Below, piece by piece: positions 49,912 to 61,274 of a stretch of 64,000 bases of DNA (positions are counted from its first letter, which is position 1; each line of letters opens with the position of its first letter). The position numbers and the translations under genes are program-made. Under the pieces are notes generated by a model. It ran no database searches. It saw nothing but the letters and a program-made list of their open reading frames with translations, and was not told where the DNA came from. This DNA is from an uncultured Colwellia sp. (lineage in GTDB: Bacteria; Pseudomonadota; Gammaproteobacteria; Enterobacterales; Alteromonadaceae). Location: positions 8,535 through 72,534 of the forward strand of contig CAJXQJ010000014.1 of the NCBI GenBank assembly GCA_913058245.1, in the 5' to 3' direction.

Positions 49912-52476
49912 CTAATCAGCAGGATTAGCACTAAATGCTTTGGCAAAAAATAAGCTATTGGCAATAATTTTCATGCTACCTAAAAAATAGCCTCTAAATG
50001 CAAAGTCATCAGTACTGGCAATAACCTTGCCTCGGCCAACATTATGCGCAACCAGTGTTGGATTATTTGCCAAGAGGTTAACTAAGTTTTGATCAGTATA
50101 GCCACTTAATAACGGTGTATTACTGTATTTAGCAACACTAACGAACGGGGCCGAAGTTTGCTCCATGATAACCGTACTGTTACGAAATACCGGCAATACG
50201 CTTGCTCGATAACCATAAGCCAAAGGATGACTGGTATCTAATTGCGCTTGAAAAATAGCGCCAGCAATGCGTTTTCGGCCAGCCAAAGCCTCTTTATCAC
50301 CATAAGTTAGGTTTTCAGTATCAAATAGTTGGTTCAAATGATCTTTGCTGACAAAGTCCATTTTTAACAGTTCTTTTTCTGCTAACCAGTGAGCAGCACG
50401 CTTCTGGCCAAACACAACACCACCTGATGCCAACCAAGACTTCAACTTATTCAACGCCACACCGTTTAGCTTATTGTACTTACCATCAACCATAATAATA
50501 TGACTATAATTAGCCAAGTTGATAGTCGCTAAACGTTGCATTTCAACCACAGTAACTGGAATTTCTAGTAAGTTGTCAATGTAATACAACATTTCACCAG
50601 CTTCGTACTGAGATGTACCTTTACCACCAATCATTAACACTTTTGGCGTAGAAATTGGGCGAAATGAACTACTCCCAATATCAATACCTTTTGACGTTAG
50701 TCCTGTTGTTAATGCCAACAGTGCAATATTGTTTTTAGAAGCAAGGTCTGCAACTAAATCACGCCAATTATTCTCAGTTTGATTACTTGCAGGGATGATG
50801 ATGGTGCCTTTTTCAAACGCTTTTGTTGCACCATTTACTGTTGCAGAAAAGGTTTTCGTTGCTACCTTAGTATTGATACCTGCTTCTGAAAGTTTATAAA
50901 GTAATTTTGGTGCTAAAAAGTCATGCCATTCGAAAGCATATGCATAAGCTGAAGCATCACTTTTCTCAGCTGCAATAGCTTCAGGTTGCCAAGATGATTC
51001 TGCAATTTTCAGACCCCAAGTGCTGTTTACTTTCGCAAACTGAATATTCATTGCTAACGGTAAAGTCCAGCCAGAAACATCGTAGAAAGTATTGTCTTGG
51101 AAGTTTTTCTGTTGGTTAAACAACGCTTTAATAACACGGTATTGTGCTTGCGCCAATGGGATATAATAACTGCGTTTGGCGAGATAATTCTTATCTTGAA
51201 TCTTAATGTCTTGTGTTATTGGGTATGCTTGAATTTGATGTTGACTAAGCTTAGTTAAAAAAGCATTCAGTCGATAATTGTCTTTATCTTCTGTAAAGAT
51301 ATAACCATTAAAATTTTCATCACTTGCTTGCTGTTTGGCAAGTTCATAAAAATTCTCTCGGTAAGCTTTAAACTTTTCTTGGTTTTTCCAAGCACCTTCA
51401 ATGGTCGATAGCGAAGTTAACACATGATTTTGCACGCCATATTCAAAGGTTAATAAGCCATTTACTGTATCTTGCTGGAAGCCACGGCTACTCGCTTGTT
51501 CAAACAAAACACCAATACCACCATTAATATCTGGGTAAGTAGAACCTTTTCCGTAATAAAAATCATCAAAGCTTTCTTCGCTGTAATATAAGCGATCTTT
51601 AGTATCAAGTGCCTTAGCATGATAGGTTGCTAATAATTGCGTTAGTGCGGTATTTTTTGCTGGTGTTAACGGATGAGTGCGAGTTGGAATACCTGGTTGG
51701 AAAAAATAACTGCCATTAGCGCCCATTTCATGAAAGTCGCCTAACACATTCGGCTGATATTGATGAAAATATGGAATACGATTTTGACTTTCTTTTTGAG
51801 ACAACAATAACCAATCACGATTTAAGTCAAAACCGAAGTGGTTAGTACGACCAGTACGCCAGCTTTGATGATGCTCAATATGGTTTGGATCAGGGTTTTC
51901 GGTGATGCCGCGATGCGTAGTAACCCAATTTACAAACCTATCCATACCATCCGGGTTAAGGCTAGGCTCAATCACAACAATAGTATCGTTAAGCATATCT
52001 TCAACGGCTTTGTTTTGAGATGCCGCTAAATGATAAGCAACTACCATAGCCGCATTAGTACCACTAATTTCATCGCCGTGAACACTATAACCCAGCCAAA
52101 CTACAAGTGGGTCATTAGCTGAAGCTGTTATATCGTTTCTCCGTGCAAGTATTTGCTCAATATTTGCCAAGTTTTCTGGGCTAGAAATAGTCAGTAGAAC
52201 TTGCGAGCGAAACTGAGTTGTTTTGCCCATTTCTTCTATCATCACTCGCGGCGATGTTACCGCTACTTGGGTCAGGTAGTGCAAAACTTGATCGTGACGA
52301 GGGTGACGTTCACCAATACCAAAGCCTAACGACGATTCTGGCGTTGGTATTTGTGCATTGTAATCACCATCATTAGGTAAGTAGGTACTTACATCTGCAC
52401 TATATACTTTAAAATTAGCTAATGCAGCTATGGTAAGCAGCATTAACAACAAAGAACGACACGACAATAACAACAT
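49912..52476 (-). CDS. M14-family zinc carboxypeptidase, exported
   Basis: HGDE, NPDG, DLNRDW and DFHEMG motifs. Start placed at ATG 52476. Confidence 0.88.
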   Translation of the reverse strand: MLLLSCRSLLLMLLTIAALANFKVYSADVSTYLPNDGDYNAQIPTPESSLGFGIGERHPRHDQVLHYLTQVAVTSPRVMIEEMGKTTQFRSQVLLTISSPENLANIEQILARRNDITASANDPLVVWLGYSVHGDEISGTNAAMVVAYHLAASQNKAVEDMLNDTIVVIEPSLNPDGMDRFVNWVTTHRGITENPDPNHIEHHQSWRTGRTNHFGFDLNRDWLLLSQKESQNRIPYFHQYQPNVLGDFHEMGANGSYFFQPGIPTRTHPLTPAKNTALTQLLATYHAKALDTKDRLYYSEESFDDFYYGKGSTYPDINGGIGVLFEQASSRGFQQDTVNGLLTFEYGVQNHVLTSLSTIEGAWKNQEKFKAYRENFYELAKQQASDENFNGYIFTEDKDNYRLNAFLTKLSQHQIQAYPITQDIKIQDKNYLAKRSYYIPLAQAQYRVIKALFNQQKNFQDNTFYDVSGWTLPLAMNIQFAKVNSTWGLKIAESSWQPEAIAAEKSDASAYAYAFEWHDFLAPKLLYKLSEAGINTKVATKTFSATVNGATKAFEKGTIIIPASNQTENNWRDLVADLASKNNIALLALTTGLTSKGIDIGSSSFRPISTPKVLMIGGKGTSQYEAGEMLYYIDNLLEIPVTVVEMQRLATINLANYSHIIMVDGKYNKLNGVALNKLKSWLASGGVVFGQKRAAHWLAEKELLKMDFVSKDHLNQLFDTENLTYGDKEALAGRKRIAGAIFQAQLDTSHPLAYGYRASVLPVFRNSTVIMEQTSAPFVSVAKYSNTPLLSGYTDQNLVNLLANNPTLVAHNVGRGKVIASTDDFAFRGYFLGSMKIIANSLFFAKAFSANPAD

Positions 52477-52656
52477 AAAAAGTTTCCTTATTCTATTGCC
52501 CGATAAAATAGCAAAATAATGCTCTGTGAACCAGTTATCTTCTAAAATCAGCAATTAACAGCGATAACCAAAGCAACTTATTAACCTTATTGATATCGAT
52601 ATATAAATTATGCCAACAAGTACTAGCGCCAACAGTCAGAGCAGAGTAAAATGGTC

Positions 52657-52681
52657 ATACTTGAGTAAAATAGTCGGGTAT
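52657..52681. promoter_or_regulatory. IscR type-1 site upstream of nfuA
   Basis: ATACTTGAGTAAAATAGTCGGGTAT versus consensus ATASYYGACTRwwwYAGTCRRSTAT (one mismatch). Confidence 0.8.
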
Positions 52682-52718
52682 TGATGTATTCAATCCCAGT
52701 AGTGAAGAGTAAAAAAGT

Positions 52719-53300
52719 ATGATGATTAACATTTCAGAAACTGCACAAGAGCATTTTGTAAAACTACTTTCTCAGCAAGCTGAAGGGACTAGTATCCGTG
52801 TATTTGTTGTAAATCCTGGAACAGCTAGCGCTGAGTGTGGTGTATCATATTGCCCAGCAGACGCAGTAGAAGCAGACGATATCGAATTAAAATACGAGCA
52901 TTTCTCAGCATATATTGATGCCGATAGTAAGTCATTTTTGGAAGAAGCAGAAATTGACTTCACCACTGATCAAATGGGTTCTCAATTAACTTTAAAAGCA
53001 CCTAATGCCAAATTACGCAAAGTAGGTGATGACGCGCCATTATTCGACCGTGTTGACTACTTTTTAAAAGCTGAAGTAAACCCACAGCTTGCTGGTCATG
53101 GCGGTGAATGTACATTGATGGAAATTACTGAAGATGGCTATGCTGTGCTGCAATTCGGCGGTGGCTGTAACGGTTGTGCACAAATCGATGTCACGGTTAA
53201 AGATGGTATTGAAAAGCAATTACTTGAAATAATGGCTGGTGAAATCAAAGGTGTTAAAGATATGACTGAGCACCAACGTGGCGAGCATTCGTATTACTAA
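52719..53300 (+). CDS. nfuA: Fe-S biogenesis protein NfuA
   Basis: [24 protein letters not shown] and FGGGCNGC motifs. Confidence 0.97.
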   Translation: MMINISETAQEHFVKLLSQQAEGTSIRVFVVNPGTASAECGVSYCPADAVEADDIELKYEHFSAYIDADSKSFLEEAEIDFTTDQMGSQLTLKAPNAKLRKVGDDAPLFDRVDYFLKAEVNPQLAGHGGECTLMEITEDGYAVLQFGGGCNGCAQIDVTVKDGIEKQLLEIMAGEIKGVKDMTEHQRGEHSYY

Positions 53301-53327
53301 TTGTTATAGCAATAATTAGCTATAACA

Positions 53328-53564
53328 ATGTCATTACTAGAAAAATTAGGCCAAGATCCACAGCGCAGCATGCAGCGTTTTTTATGTGGGCTTGGTCTTT
53401 TTGCTTTTGGCGCCGGCTTAATATTCATAGGTATGTACCATAGCCATATCTGGCAGATTGTTGGCATTGCTGTATTAGCGCTAGGTTGCTTATTTGCTAT
53501 TTACGGCTATATCGGAATGTTTGCCAATCGTTTGTATCATAGCTTCAATAGAAAGAAGCCTTAA
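53328..53564 (+). CDS. Small two-TM hypothetical protein
   Basis: 78-aa ORF with two hydrophobic helices, directly after nfuA. Confidence 0.7.
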   Translation: MSLLEKLGQDPQRSMQRFLCGLGLFAFGAGLIFIGMYHSHIWQIVGIAVLALGCLFAIYGYIGMFANRLYHSFNRKKP

Positions 53565-54892
53565 AAACGATGTCTATTGGTTTGATAATGCCAAGCTAAA
53601 GTAACTCCCCGAGCCAGCATAAATACCGAAAATGCTGCCCACAAGCCATGATTACCATAATCGTTTAATAACCACCAAACCGGAAAGAAGCAAGCAAACG
53701 TAGCAATAAGCATACTGTTTCTCATTATATTAGCTTGCATTAGACCAACATAAATACCGTCGTAAAGGTAACACCAGCAAGCAAGTATTGGCAGTGCAAT
53801 AATCCAACCAATATGCTGCTGTGCATAATCGACAACGGCAGGAATACTTGAAATTGTGGCGATAAAGTAATCGCCGAAAAAGTAAAAAACTAAGCTATAA
53901 GCAACGGCAAACAGTGCAGTCCAAAAAAGTGCGACATTAACATTCACGAACATACTTTGTTGGTTCTTTTCTCCTTTTGCTTTGCCCACCATAACTTCTG
54001 CTGCATTGGCTATACCATCTAAACCAAAAGATATTAGCAACAGAAAATTCATTAAAATAGCGTTGGCTGCAACAACATCATCACCAAGCCTGGCACCTTG
54101 AAAAGTCATAAAAACAAAACATATTTCTAGGCACAAGGTTCTGATCAATATATCGCGATTGAGTTTAAAGTAGCTTAGTAATGCAACACGCTCAATTACA
54201 GCATTAACCACCTGTCGTAAGCTAGAAAATGCGGCTAAAAACCTGTCCTTAAAGTTTACATAAACCAGTGAAAGGCCAATGATTAAGCCACTGTATTCTG
54301 CAAGTAAAGTTGCCCATGCCACGCCTTTTACCTGCCATGAAAAGCCAAGCACAAATATTAAGTCAAGCAGCAAGTTAATTAGGTTAGTAGCAATCACCAA
54401 CCACATAACAATTTTTGCCTTATGATTTCCCAGTAGCCAGCCCAAAATAACTAAATTGGCTAATGCTGCCGGTAAACCCCACACTCTAATAGCGCTGTAT
54501 TCACGAGCATAAAATTGAACTTGCTCTGAGCCACCAGCCAATGACAATGCTAAGTCTAAATAGAAGCTCTGAAATAAAATAACGAATATGCCGATACTAA
54601 ATGCCACGATAATACCGCGCAGTAATATCAAACAGTTTAACTGGCTATTATTTTGTCCATAAGCCTGTGCAGATAAGCCTGTGGTCGACATCCGTAAAAA
54701 CCCACATAACCAAGTGACGAAAGTTATGATCATTGCTCCGACAGTACTGCCACCTAAATAGTAGGCATAATCTAAGTGGCCAATAACGGCCGTATCGACC
54801 AAACCAAGCAATGGCGCAGTAATATTTGACAAAATCATCGGCAAAGCAAGAATAAATAACTGCTTATGACGTTCTATATCATGGAATTTCAA
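53561..54892 (-). CDS. dinF: MATE efflux transporter, DinF subfamily
   Basis: LALPMILSNITAPLLGLVDTAVIGH and FLRMSTTG motifs; about 12 TM helices. Confidence 0.9.
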   Translation of the reverse strand: MKFHDIERHKQLFILALPMILSNITAPLLGLVDTAVIGHLDYAYYLGGSTVGAMIITFVTWLCGFLRMSTTGLSAQAYGQNNSQLNCLILLRGIIVAFSIGIFVILFQSFYLDLALSLAGGSEQVQFYAREYSAIRVWGLPAALANLVILGWLLGNHKAKIVMWLVIATNLINLLLDLIFVLGFSWQVKGVAWATLLAEYSGLIIGLSLVYVNFKDRFLAAFSSLRQVVNAVIERVALLSYFKLNRDILIRTLCLEICFVFMTFQGARLGDDVVAANAILMNFLLLISFGLDGIANAAEVMVGKAKGEKNQQSMFVNVNVALFWTALFAVAYSLVFYFFGDYFIATISSIPAVVDYAQQHIGWIIALPILACWCYLYDGIYVGLMQANIMRNSMLIATFACFFPVWWLLNDYGNHGLWAAFSVFMLARGVTLAWHYQTNRHRF

Positions 54893-54993
54893 AAAAAGCC
54901 GACCTTTGTTGGCAAATGGGCTATATAAATAGTAGAAAAAACGCTATTTTAGGCAAGAGCTTGAAGCCCTCTTAATATCTTAGGAAGATTACC

Positions 54994-56043
54994 ATGAAAT
55001 ACCGTTTGTTGGCAGCACTATGCTATTGTCTTCACATGACCAGTTTTGCCACTGTCATATTACAATATCATCATGTCAGCGAGACAACCCCAGCGAGTAC
55101 CAGCATTTCCCCGGATCAATTCTCATTACACATGCAATACCTTAAAGATAACAACTTTAAAGTCATTCCATTATCCACATTAATGCAGTCAATTAAGCAG
55201 CAACAAGCATTGCCAGATAAATCGGTAGTGATCACCTTTGATGATGCCTATTTGGATATTCTTACCAATGGTAAACCAATACTTGATAAGTATGACTTTC
55301 CTTTTACTATTTTTGTAAATCCCAGCATTGTTGAAAGTAAATCAACACATTATTTATCTTGGCAGCAGCTAAAAGCCATGGCAGACGACGGGGTCATTAT
55401 TGCCAACCATGGTATGAAGCATGATTCATTAGCCAGAGTTCCCGAAGGAATATCAGAGCAGCAATGGTTAGCAGAAAATACCAAATCGCTATTAGCCGCT
55501 GAACAATTAATTAAAGAGAAAACCGGGCAAAGTTGGCACTACTTTGCTTATCCATATGGTGAATACACACCAAACATTCAACAATGGGTAAAAGAAAATA
55601 ACTTTGTTGCTTTTAGCCAGCAATCAGGAGCGGTTGGACTGGATACAGACACAACAACTATCCCACGTTTTCCTGCATCGCAGCCGTATGATCAAATATC
55701 GAGCCTGCGCGATAAGTTAAATTCATTGCCTTTTAGCATTACTCTAGCTGATGAAAGCCAACAAACACTGTTTCAAAAAGGCCAATCAACTTCTGTAACT
55801 TTTAATGTTGAAGTTGATGACTTTAACCCGGCACAGTTAAATTGTTATATCTCAGGTTTAGGTCGCCAGAAAATAGAATGGCAAGGCGGTGAAATGTTTA
55901 CGATTAATTATAGCGCACCGTTACCTATAGGTCGTGTACGCTGTAATTGTACGGCACCAAGTATTAGTGAGCCAGGGCGCTATTATTGGTTTTCAAAACC
56001 ATGGTTCATTCTTAAAGAAAACAACCAATGGTATCCGCTTTAA
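54994..56043 (+). CDS. Polysaccharide deacetylase (CE4) family protein
   Basis: LQYHH, TFDDAY, HGMKH and FAYPYG motifs. Confidence 0.9.
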   Translation: MKYRLLAALCYCLHMTSFATVILQYHHVSETTPASTSISPDQFSLHMQYLKDNNFKVIPLSTLMQSIKQQQALPDKSVVITFDDAYLDILTNGKPILDKYDFPFTIFVNPSIVESKSTHYLSWQQLKAMADDGVIIANHGMKHDSLARVPEGISEQQWLAENTKSLLAAEQLIKEKTGQSWHYFAYPYGEYTPNIQQWVKENNFVAFSQQSGAVGLDTDTTTIPRFPASQPYDQISSLRDKLNSLPFSITLADESQQTLFQKGQSTSVTFNVEVDDFNPAQLNCYISGLGRQKIEWQGGEMFTINYSAPLPIGRVRCNCTAPSISEPGRYYWFSKPWFILKENNQWYPL

Positions 56044-56055
56044 ACTTTAAGTTAC

Positions 56056-56709
56056 TCAATATAACGCGACAATTTTTGCAAAATCACTAATGAGTTTATC
56101 ACCTTCAATTACAGGCACTTGCCCAAGTGCCTGCTCAGGTTTAAAAATAGCTTCTACATGTCCTGCTGGATTAATCAACACCATTGAAGCACTGTGGTCA
56201 ACCAAGTAACTTTGACCACTTTGACCATGATTTTCTTTTTCCTGATCATCCGGTTCAGTGATCGCGTACATTAACCCCAGATTACGAGCAAACGGGAACA
56301 ACGCCCCATGATCGCCAAATAAGGCTTTAAACTCCGGGTTAAAATATCCAATGTAACTGGCAAGCTTTTCTTGTGTATCACGCTGAGGATCAACAGAAAC
56401 TAATAAAACTTGAGTATCAACAGTAACTTTTTTCAGTTCATCATAGATAAAGTTCATTTCTTGTAGCGTGGTTGGGCAAACATCAGGGCATGAGGTATAG
56501 CCGAAAAAAATCCAACTCCATTGCCCTTTCAGTGATTGATTATCAAACGTTGCACCACTGTGGTCGGTTAATTGAAATGGTTTGATAACTCTTGGCTGCT
56601 GATAGTGCAATGCAAATTCTGCAGGTGCTTTTTGATTCAGTTGACCAAAAAGCACTACTCCAGCAACAAGTGCACCCAAAGCAACAATAATGGTAATAAG
56701 TTTGTTCAT
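56056..56709 (-). CDS. SCO1/SenC copper chaperone
   Basis: FFGYTSCPDVCP and DHSA motifs. Confidence 0.93.
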   Translation of the reverse strand: MNKLITIIVALGALVAGVVLFGQLNQKAPAEFALHYQQPRVIKPFQLTDHSGATFDNQSLKGQWSWIFFGYTSCPDVCPTTLQEMNFIYDELKKVTVDTQVLLVSVDPQRDTQEKLASYIGYFNPEFKALFGDHGALFPFARNLGLMYAITEPDDQEKENHGQSGQSYLVDHSASMVLINPAGHVEAIFKPEQALGQVPVIEGDKLISDFAKIVALY

Positions 56710-57626
56710 TAGCCAGCAACCGGTAGTAAATAATGATCCAGCAATAAAATAATGAAAAGTGCCATTAAGTGCACGATAGAAAACTTAAAAGTATCCATGG
56801 CGGTGCTCTCATCAGCATTAAATTTCAACTTCCAAGCATAGGCAAAAAATACTAGGTTAAGCACAACTGCGCCAATTAAATATAACCAATTGCTCATGCC
56901 TACTAAGTAAGGCAATAGGCCTACAACAAACAATAATACGGTATAAAGTAAAATTTGTGTTTTAGTAAAGTTGACACCATGGGTCACCGGTAACATTGGA
57001 ATATTTACCTTAGCGTAATCATCTTTACGATGAATAGCCAAAGCCCAAAAATGTGGTGGCGTCCAAGTAAAAATGAGTAGCACAAGTAACAGAGCATTCG
57101 GATGTATTTCATTAGTCATTGCTGTCCAACCTAGTAGCGGAGGAATCGCCCCTGCTAAGCCGCCAATTGTTATATTTTGTGGCGTTGCACGTTTTAAATA
57201 CATCGTATAAATAAAGCTATAACCAACTAAACCTGAAAATGTTAACCATGCTGTTAAAGGGTTAACAAAACTATAGAGCACTGCAAAACCTGTTACAGCT
57301 AATGTCATCGCAAACACTGAAGCATTGCGTGCTGAAAGTCGTCCATTTGGTAACGGGCGATTGTGCGTTCGCCCCATTTCACTATCAATGCGTTCATCAA
57401 CAATATGATTAATTGCCGCCGCCGCTGATGACAAAAAGCCTATACCTATCATTGAAGGGACTAACACTTGCCACGGAATGACACCGGGAACAGACAAGCA
57501 CATGCCAACCAGTGCCGTTAATACTAACAATGCAACAACACGTGGTTTGGTAATCTCGTAATAATCGCGCCAAATTGGCGTACTAGGTGCGCTATGACTA
57601 GCTTCTAAAGTATTACTTTGACTCAT
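56709..57626 (-). CDS. cyoE: Heme o synthase (protoheme IX farnesyltransferase)
   Basis: [13 protein letters not shown] and [10 protein letters not shown] motifs. Confidence 0.96.
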   Translation of the reverse strand: MSQSNTLEASHSAPSTPIWRDYYEITKPRVVALLVLTALVGMCLSVPGVIPWQVLVPSMIGIGFLSSAAAAINHIVDERIDSEMGRTHNRPLPNGRLSARNASVFAMTLAVTGFAVLYSFVNPLTAWLTFSGLVGYSFIYTMYLKRATPQNITIGGLAGAIPPLLGWTAMTNEIHPNALLLVLLIFTWTPPHFWALAIHRKDDYAKVNIPMLPVTHGVNFTKTQILLYTVLLFVVGLLPYLVGMSNWLYLIGAVVLNLVFFAYAWKLKFNADESTAMDTFKFSIVHLMALFIILLLDHYLLPVAG

Positions 57627-57635
57627 ATTTTGCCC

Positions 57636-58643
57636 CTAAATTTTACGTTTTAAACTATATGTCATAGTGATTAATGACATCATTAACATCGCAGCCACTA
57701 CATTGTGACTAACAGCAACACTTAGCGGTAATGAGAACCAAACGTTACTAATCCCTAAACCCACTTGCACACTTAAAATAAAACCTAAACTCATTGCTGC
57801 ATTTCTGAAAAATGGCGACTGTGCTTTACGGTAAATACTTATAGCCAGCCATAATAAATAAACAGCTGTCACTATGGCTCCTATACGATGCATAACATGA
57901 ATAGTAACTCTTGATGCATGGTCTAAATGACCAAATTCATAGCTTTCTTTTTCTGGCGGTATTAGATCAAATGATTCTTCAAAGGTTAATTGCTCAGTCC
58001 AACCCGCTTGGCAAATAGGTAACTCTGTACAAGTTAACGCGGCATAATTCGATGACGTCCAACCACCTAAGCCAATTTGTCCAGCAAGAATAAATATGCC
58101 AATAAAACCGAATTTTGCATATTTTTTTAATGCAAAATCTCCACCTGGAACACGATAATCGCTTAGCCGCAAATACAACAAAAATAACAAGCAAAGCGTA
58201 GTGAAACCACCTAGCAGGTGGCCCATAACCACTACAGGCATTAGCTTCATGGTAACTGTCCACATGCCAAGTGCTGCTTGAAAAATAACAACGAACAGAA
58301 TCAATAAGGGTAAGCCAACAGGGCCTCCTTGAGATCGTCGTTTAAGTGACATCAAAGCAATAGCTAAAATTAACAACCCTAGCGAGCCAGCGAAATAGCG
58401 ATGGATCATTTCATTCCATGCTTTTTCTGGCTCTACAGGTCGTTCTGGGAAAGCTTGTTCAGCGGCAACTATTTGCTCTGTGGTCTCTGGCACGTCAATT
58501 AAACCATAGCAGCCCGGCCAATCAGGGCAACCAAGGCCGGCATGAGTTAATCTAGTATAAGCCCCTAAACTCACCACTAAAATGGCGAGTAAAATGCTGA
58601 CAAAAACAAGTTTTCTAATATCGGAAAAACTTTGTGTTCTCAT
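57636..58643 (-). CDS. ctaA: Heme a synthase (COX15/CtaA)
   Basis: GLGCPDWPGC and EMIHR motifs; conserved His residues in TM helices. Confidence 0.93.
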   Translation of the reverse strand: MRTQSFSDIRKLVFVSILLAILVVSLGAYTRLTHAGLGCPDWPGCYGLIDVPETTEQIVAAEQAFPERPVEPEKAWNEMIHRYFAGSLGLLILAIALMSLKRRSQGGPVGLPLLILFVVIFQAALGMWTVTMKLMPVVVMGHLLGGFTTLCLLFLLYLRLSDYRVPGGDFALKKYAKFGFIGIFILAGQIGLGGWTSSNYAALTCTELPICQAGWTEQLTFEESFDLIPPEKESYEFGHLDHASRVTIHVMHRIGAIVTAVYLLWLAISIYRKAQSPFFRNAAMSLGFILSVQVGLGISNVWFSLPLSVAVSHNVVAAMLMMSLITMTYSLKRKI

Positions 58644-59204
58644 TTAGCCAATCCTCGAATACTTAAGTAGCTTCTTAAAATCCGCTAAAATAGCTTTACC
58701 GAATTTTGGCAAATGCTCAGCACTTTCAGGTGGTAAATGCCTAAGAATAACATTGCCTAACGGGTCAACTATCAGTACTTGTGATTGTGTAATAGCGTTT
58801 TTAGTTAATGCTGGCATAGACTGAATATGCCACTTTTTAATTTGAATTTTGTCTGACTGGGCGGGTGTTAAGTCTTGTTGCGTTAGTGCTACCGGTTTTA
58901 CCCGTGGCATTTCTTTACCTAAGGCGATATAGGTATTATTAACACTGACTAAGGTTTTTTCACATTGCTGATTGCAGTTTTCAGGTAGGGTATAAAGCAA
59001 TAGCCATTGATGGTCGAAATCTTCAACGTTGAGTCCAAGCTTTTCTAAGGTCAGTTCATTTTCAATTAATTGACCTTTATTAGTAACGCCATAATTAAAC
59101 CACTCTTGGTTCAACGCCAATTTTGCTAATACGACGGGGATAATAAATACAGCAAGCAGAATTAACATACTGCGACGCGATTTTTTTAACTCTGAAGAAC
59201 TCAT
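58644..59204 (-). CDS. Cytochrome oxidase cluster-associated hypothetical protein
   Basis: N-terminal TM helix, TNKGQL, and IVDPLGN...DFKKLLKYSRIG; between SURF1 and ctaA. Confidence 0.8.
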   Translation of the reverse strand: MSSSELKKSRRSMLILLAVFIIPVVLAKLALNQEWFNYGVTNKGQLIENELTLEKLGLNVEDFDHQWLLLYTLPENCNQQCEKTLVSVNNTYIALGKEMPRVKPVALTQQDLTPAQSDKIQIKKWHIQSMPALTKNAITQSQVLIVDPLGNVILRHLPPESAEHLPKFGKAILADFKKLLKYSRIG

Positions 59205-59272
59205 ACAACTCAGCCTTTATATTCTTATTATTTGGTTTCGGTATTTTTCTTATTTTCTCGTTAAACTAAATT

Positions 59273-60022
59273 TTAATTTTTCTCTCGTTCTTTACTTGCC
59301 ATTTTTATCGCTGCCCAAATCATTAAACTTAACCACGCAATCGCCAAGCTAAACCATTGAAAGGCATATGCTCGATGTTTTTCTGGTGGCATAACAATCG
59401 GCTGCCAGTTCTTTTTATAACCAATACTCTCTTTTTTATCTAAGTAGACAACAAAGGGCAATAGTTTCTTACCAATTAATTGTGAAAATTTATTTAATTC
59501 GATCTGTTGCACACGTAATGGCCATGTTGCACCCGCCAAGTTTTGTTCCTGTAATTGAATACCTACTTCAACTTCTCTTACGTGCCCTGATAATAAATGT
59601 TGGCCTTTTATAGCTTCCAATTCTGGTAATACGTTGCGATCAATTGAACCCGGAACCCAACCTAAATTAATCATGATTGTTTCAGTTTGGCTTTCAAAAA
59701 GTTGATAAACTCGATAACCCAAGCGCCCTTTATCTGGTTGATTATCCAGCAGGAAAATTTTTTCATCAATAAATTTACCGGTTATTTTAATTGGCAAATC
59801 ATTAATACCGTCTTTTAGATCGTTCAAAGCAAGTACTTGCTGCAATGACAATGCTTGCGTTTGACTTAATTCACTGATGCGTTGTTGACGCTGCTCTTTC
59901 TCATGTGCCCGAGCGTTTTGCCAAAATCCAAGCTTGATTAATAACGAAAATACCAGCATGGTAAATATAACAACCGGCCAATTAACGTACTTTAAATTGT
60001 GCTGAAGTGATTCGAAATTCAT
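59273..60022 (-). CDS. SURF1-family oxidase assembly protein
   Basis: LGFWQ, NLGWVP and HRAYAFQWF motifs. Confidence 0.92.
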   Translation of the reverse strand: MNFESLQHNLKYVNWPVVIFTMLVFSLLIKLGFWQNARAHEKEQRQQRISELSQTQALSLQQVLALNDLKDGINDLPIKITGKFIDEKIFLLDNQPDKGRLGYRVYQLFESQTETIMINLGWVPGSIDRNVLPELEAIKGQHLLSGHVREVEVGIQLQEQNLAGATWPLRVQQIELNKFSQLIGKKLLPFVVYLDKKESIGYKKNWQPIVMPPEKHRAYAFQWFSLAIAWLSLMIWAAIKMASKEREKN

Positions 60023-60073
60023 AGACTACCGCATGTTCACTAACTAAAAACAGACTATAAAAGAGAGAATGCT

Positions 60074-60283
60074 GTGTTAATTAAAATTATTATTGTCGGC
60101 TTATTAGCCTTTATGACTTACAACCTATTTAAAGCATTGTTTATTATGAATAAGAACGACCCTAACAAGCCACCTATGTCTAAGTTTATTGGTCGACGCG
60201 TGATTACATCTGTTGTGATTGTATTACTATTATTATTAGGAATTGTCACTGGTGTCATAACACCTAATCCACGCCCTTTTTAG
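60074..60283 (+). CDS. DUF2909 / twin-TM small protein
   Basis: Two TM helices, MSKFIGRRV, C-terminal ITPNPRP; typical position in cox clusters. Confidence 0.8.
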   Translation: MLIKIIIVGLLAFMTYNLFKALFIMNKNDPNKPPMSKFIGRRVITSVVIVLLLLLGIVTGVITPNPRPF

Positions 60284-60359
60284 ACTAAACAGGTACGTAT
60301 TAAAAAACACGTACCTGAAAACTATTACTGACATTATTTAGTCGTAATGACCTAAACCG

Positions 60360-61244
60360 CTAAATAATATATACAAAAACAAATAGGAATACCCAAACCA
60401 CATCAACAAAATGCCAATACCAGCTAGCCGCTTGAAATGCGAAATGATTTTTCGGCGTAAAATGACCTTTCAATACTCTGATAAACATCACTAACAGCAT
60501 GATAGTACCTAAAGTAACATGCATACCATGAAAGCCTGTTAGCATGTAAAAGGTATTACCGTAGATTCCACTGTCTAAATACAGCTTCATTTCATCTGCG
60601 TATCCGTGAGCATACTCTAAACCTTGGCAATAAAGGAATACCATTCCTAGTAATACGGTTGTACCTAACCAAAACTTCAATAACCCGCGCTTTTCTTGCT
60701 CTAAAGCAACGTGAGCAAAATGAGCTGTAACTGAAGAAGTCAGTAGAAGAATGGTATTAATCAACGGTAAACCATACCAACCCATAGCAGTGGTTTCTGT
60801 GCCATCGGGAGTTTTAATTAATGGCCATGTTGCAGTAAATTCAGGCCATAAAATAGCGGCAGTTGCTGCATTATTACCAGCACCGTCAAGCCATGGCACC
60901 GAAAACGTTCGAGCATAAAGTAAGGCGCCAAAGAAAGCGGCAAAAAACATTACTTCTGAAAAGATAAACCAACTCATACCTTGACGGAAAGAGTTGTCCA
61001 TTTGGTGGCTATACTTACCAGACATCGATTCGGTAATAACGTTGTTAAACCAGCCAAACATCATGTAAATAACCATGGCGATACCAGCTATTAATACCCA
61101 GCCACCGCCGACACTTTCAGGATTATTTAAATTTGCGACATAGCTACCAGCTCCTACCGCAATCAGAAATAACGCAACCGCACCAACTATTGGCCACTTA
61201 CTTTGCGCTGGTACGTAATAACTTTCGTATTCTTTTGTTGTCAT
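60360..61244 (-). CDS. coxC: Cytochrome c oxidase subunit III
   Basis: FIFSEVMFF, TGFHGMHV and WYWHFVDVVW motifs. Start placed at ATG 61244. Confidence 0.96.
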   Translation of the reverse strand: MTTKEYESYYVPAQSKWPIVGAVALFLIAVGAGSYVANLNNPESVGGGWVLIAGIAMVIYMMFGWFNNVITESMSGKYSHQMDNSFRQGMSWFIFSEVMFFAAFFGALLYARTFSVPWLDGAGNNAATAAILWPEFTATWPLIKTPDGTETTAMGWYGLPLINTILLLTSSVTAHFAHVALEQEKRGLLKFWLGTTVLLGMVFLYCQGLEYAHGYADEMKLYLDSGIYGNTFYMLTGFHGMHVTLGTIMLLVMFIRVLKGHFTPKNHFAFQAASWYWHFVDVVWVFLFVFVYII

Positions 61245-61274
61245 TGTTGTTCCCCTCATTTAAGTGCATTGCAC

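Noticed and set aside
54915-54940. Possible LexA box upstream of dinF (CTATATAAATAGTAG)
   Set aside because: Does not fit CTG-N10-CAG in length or sequence.
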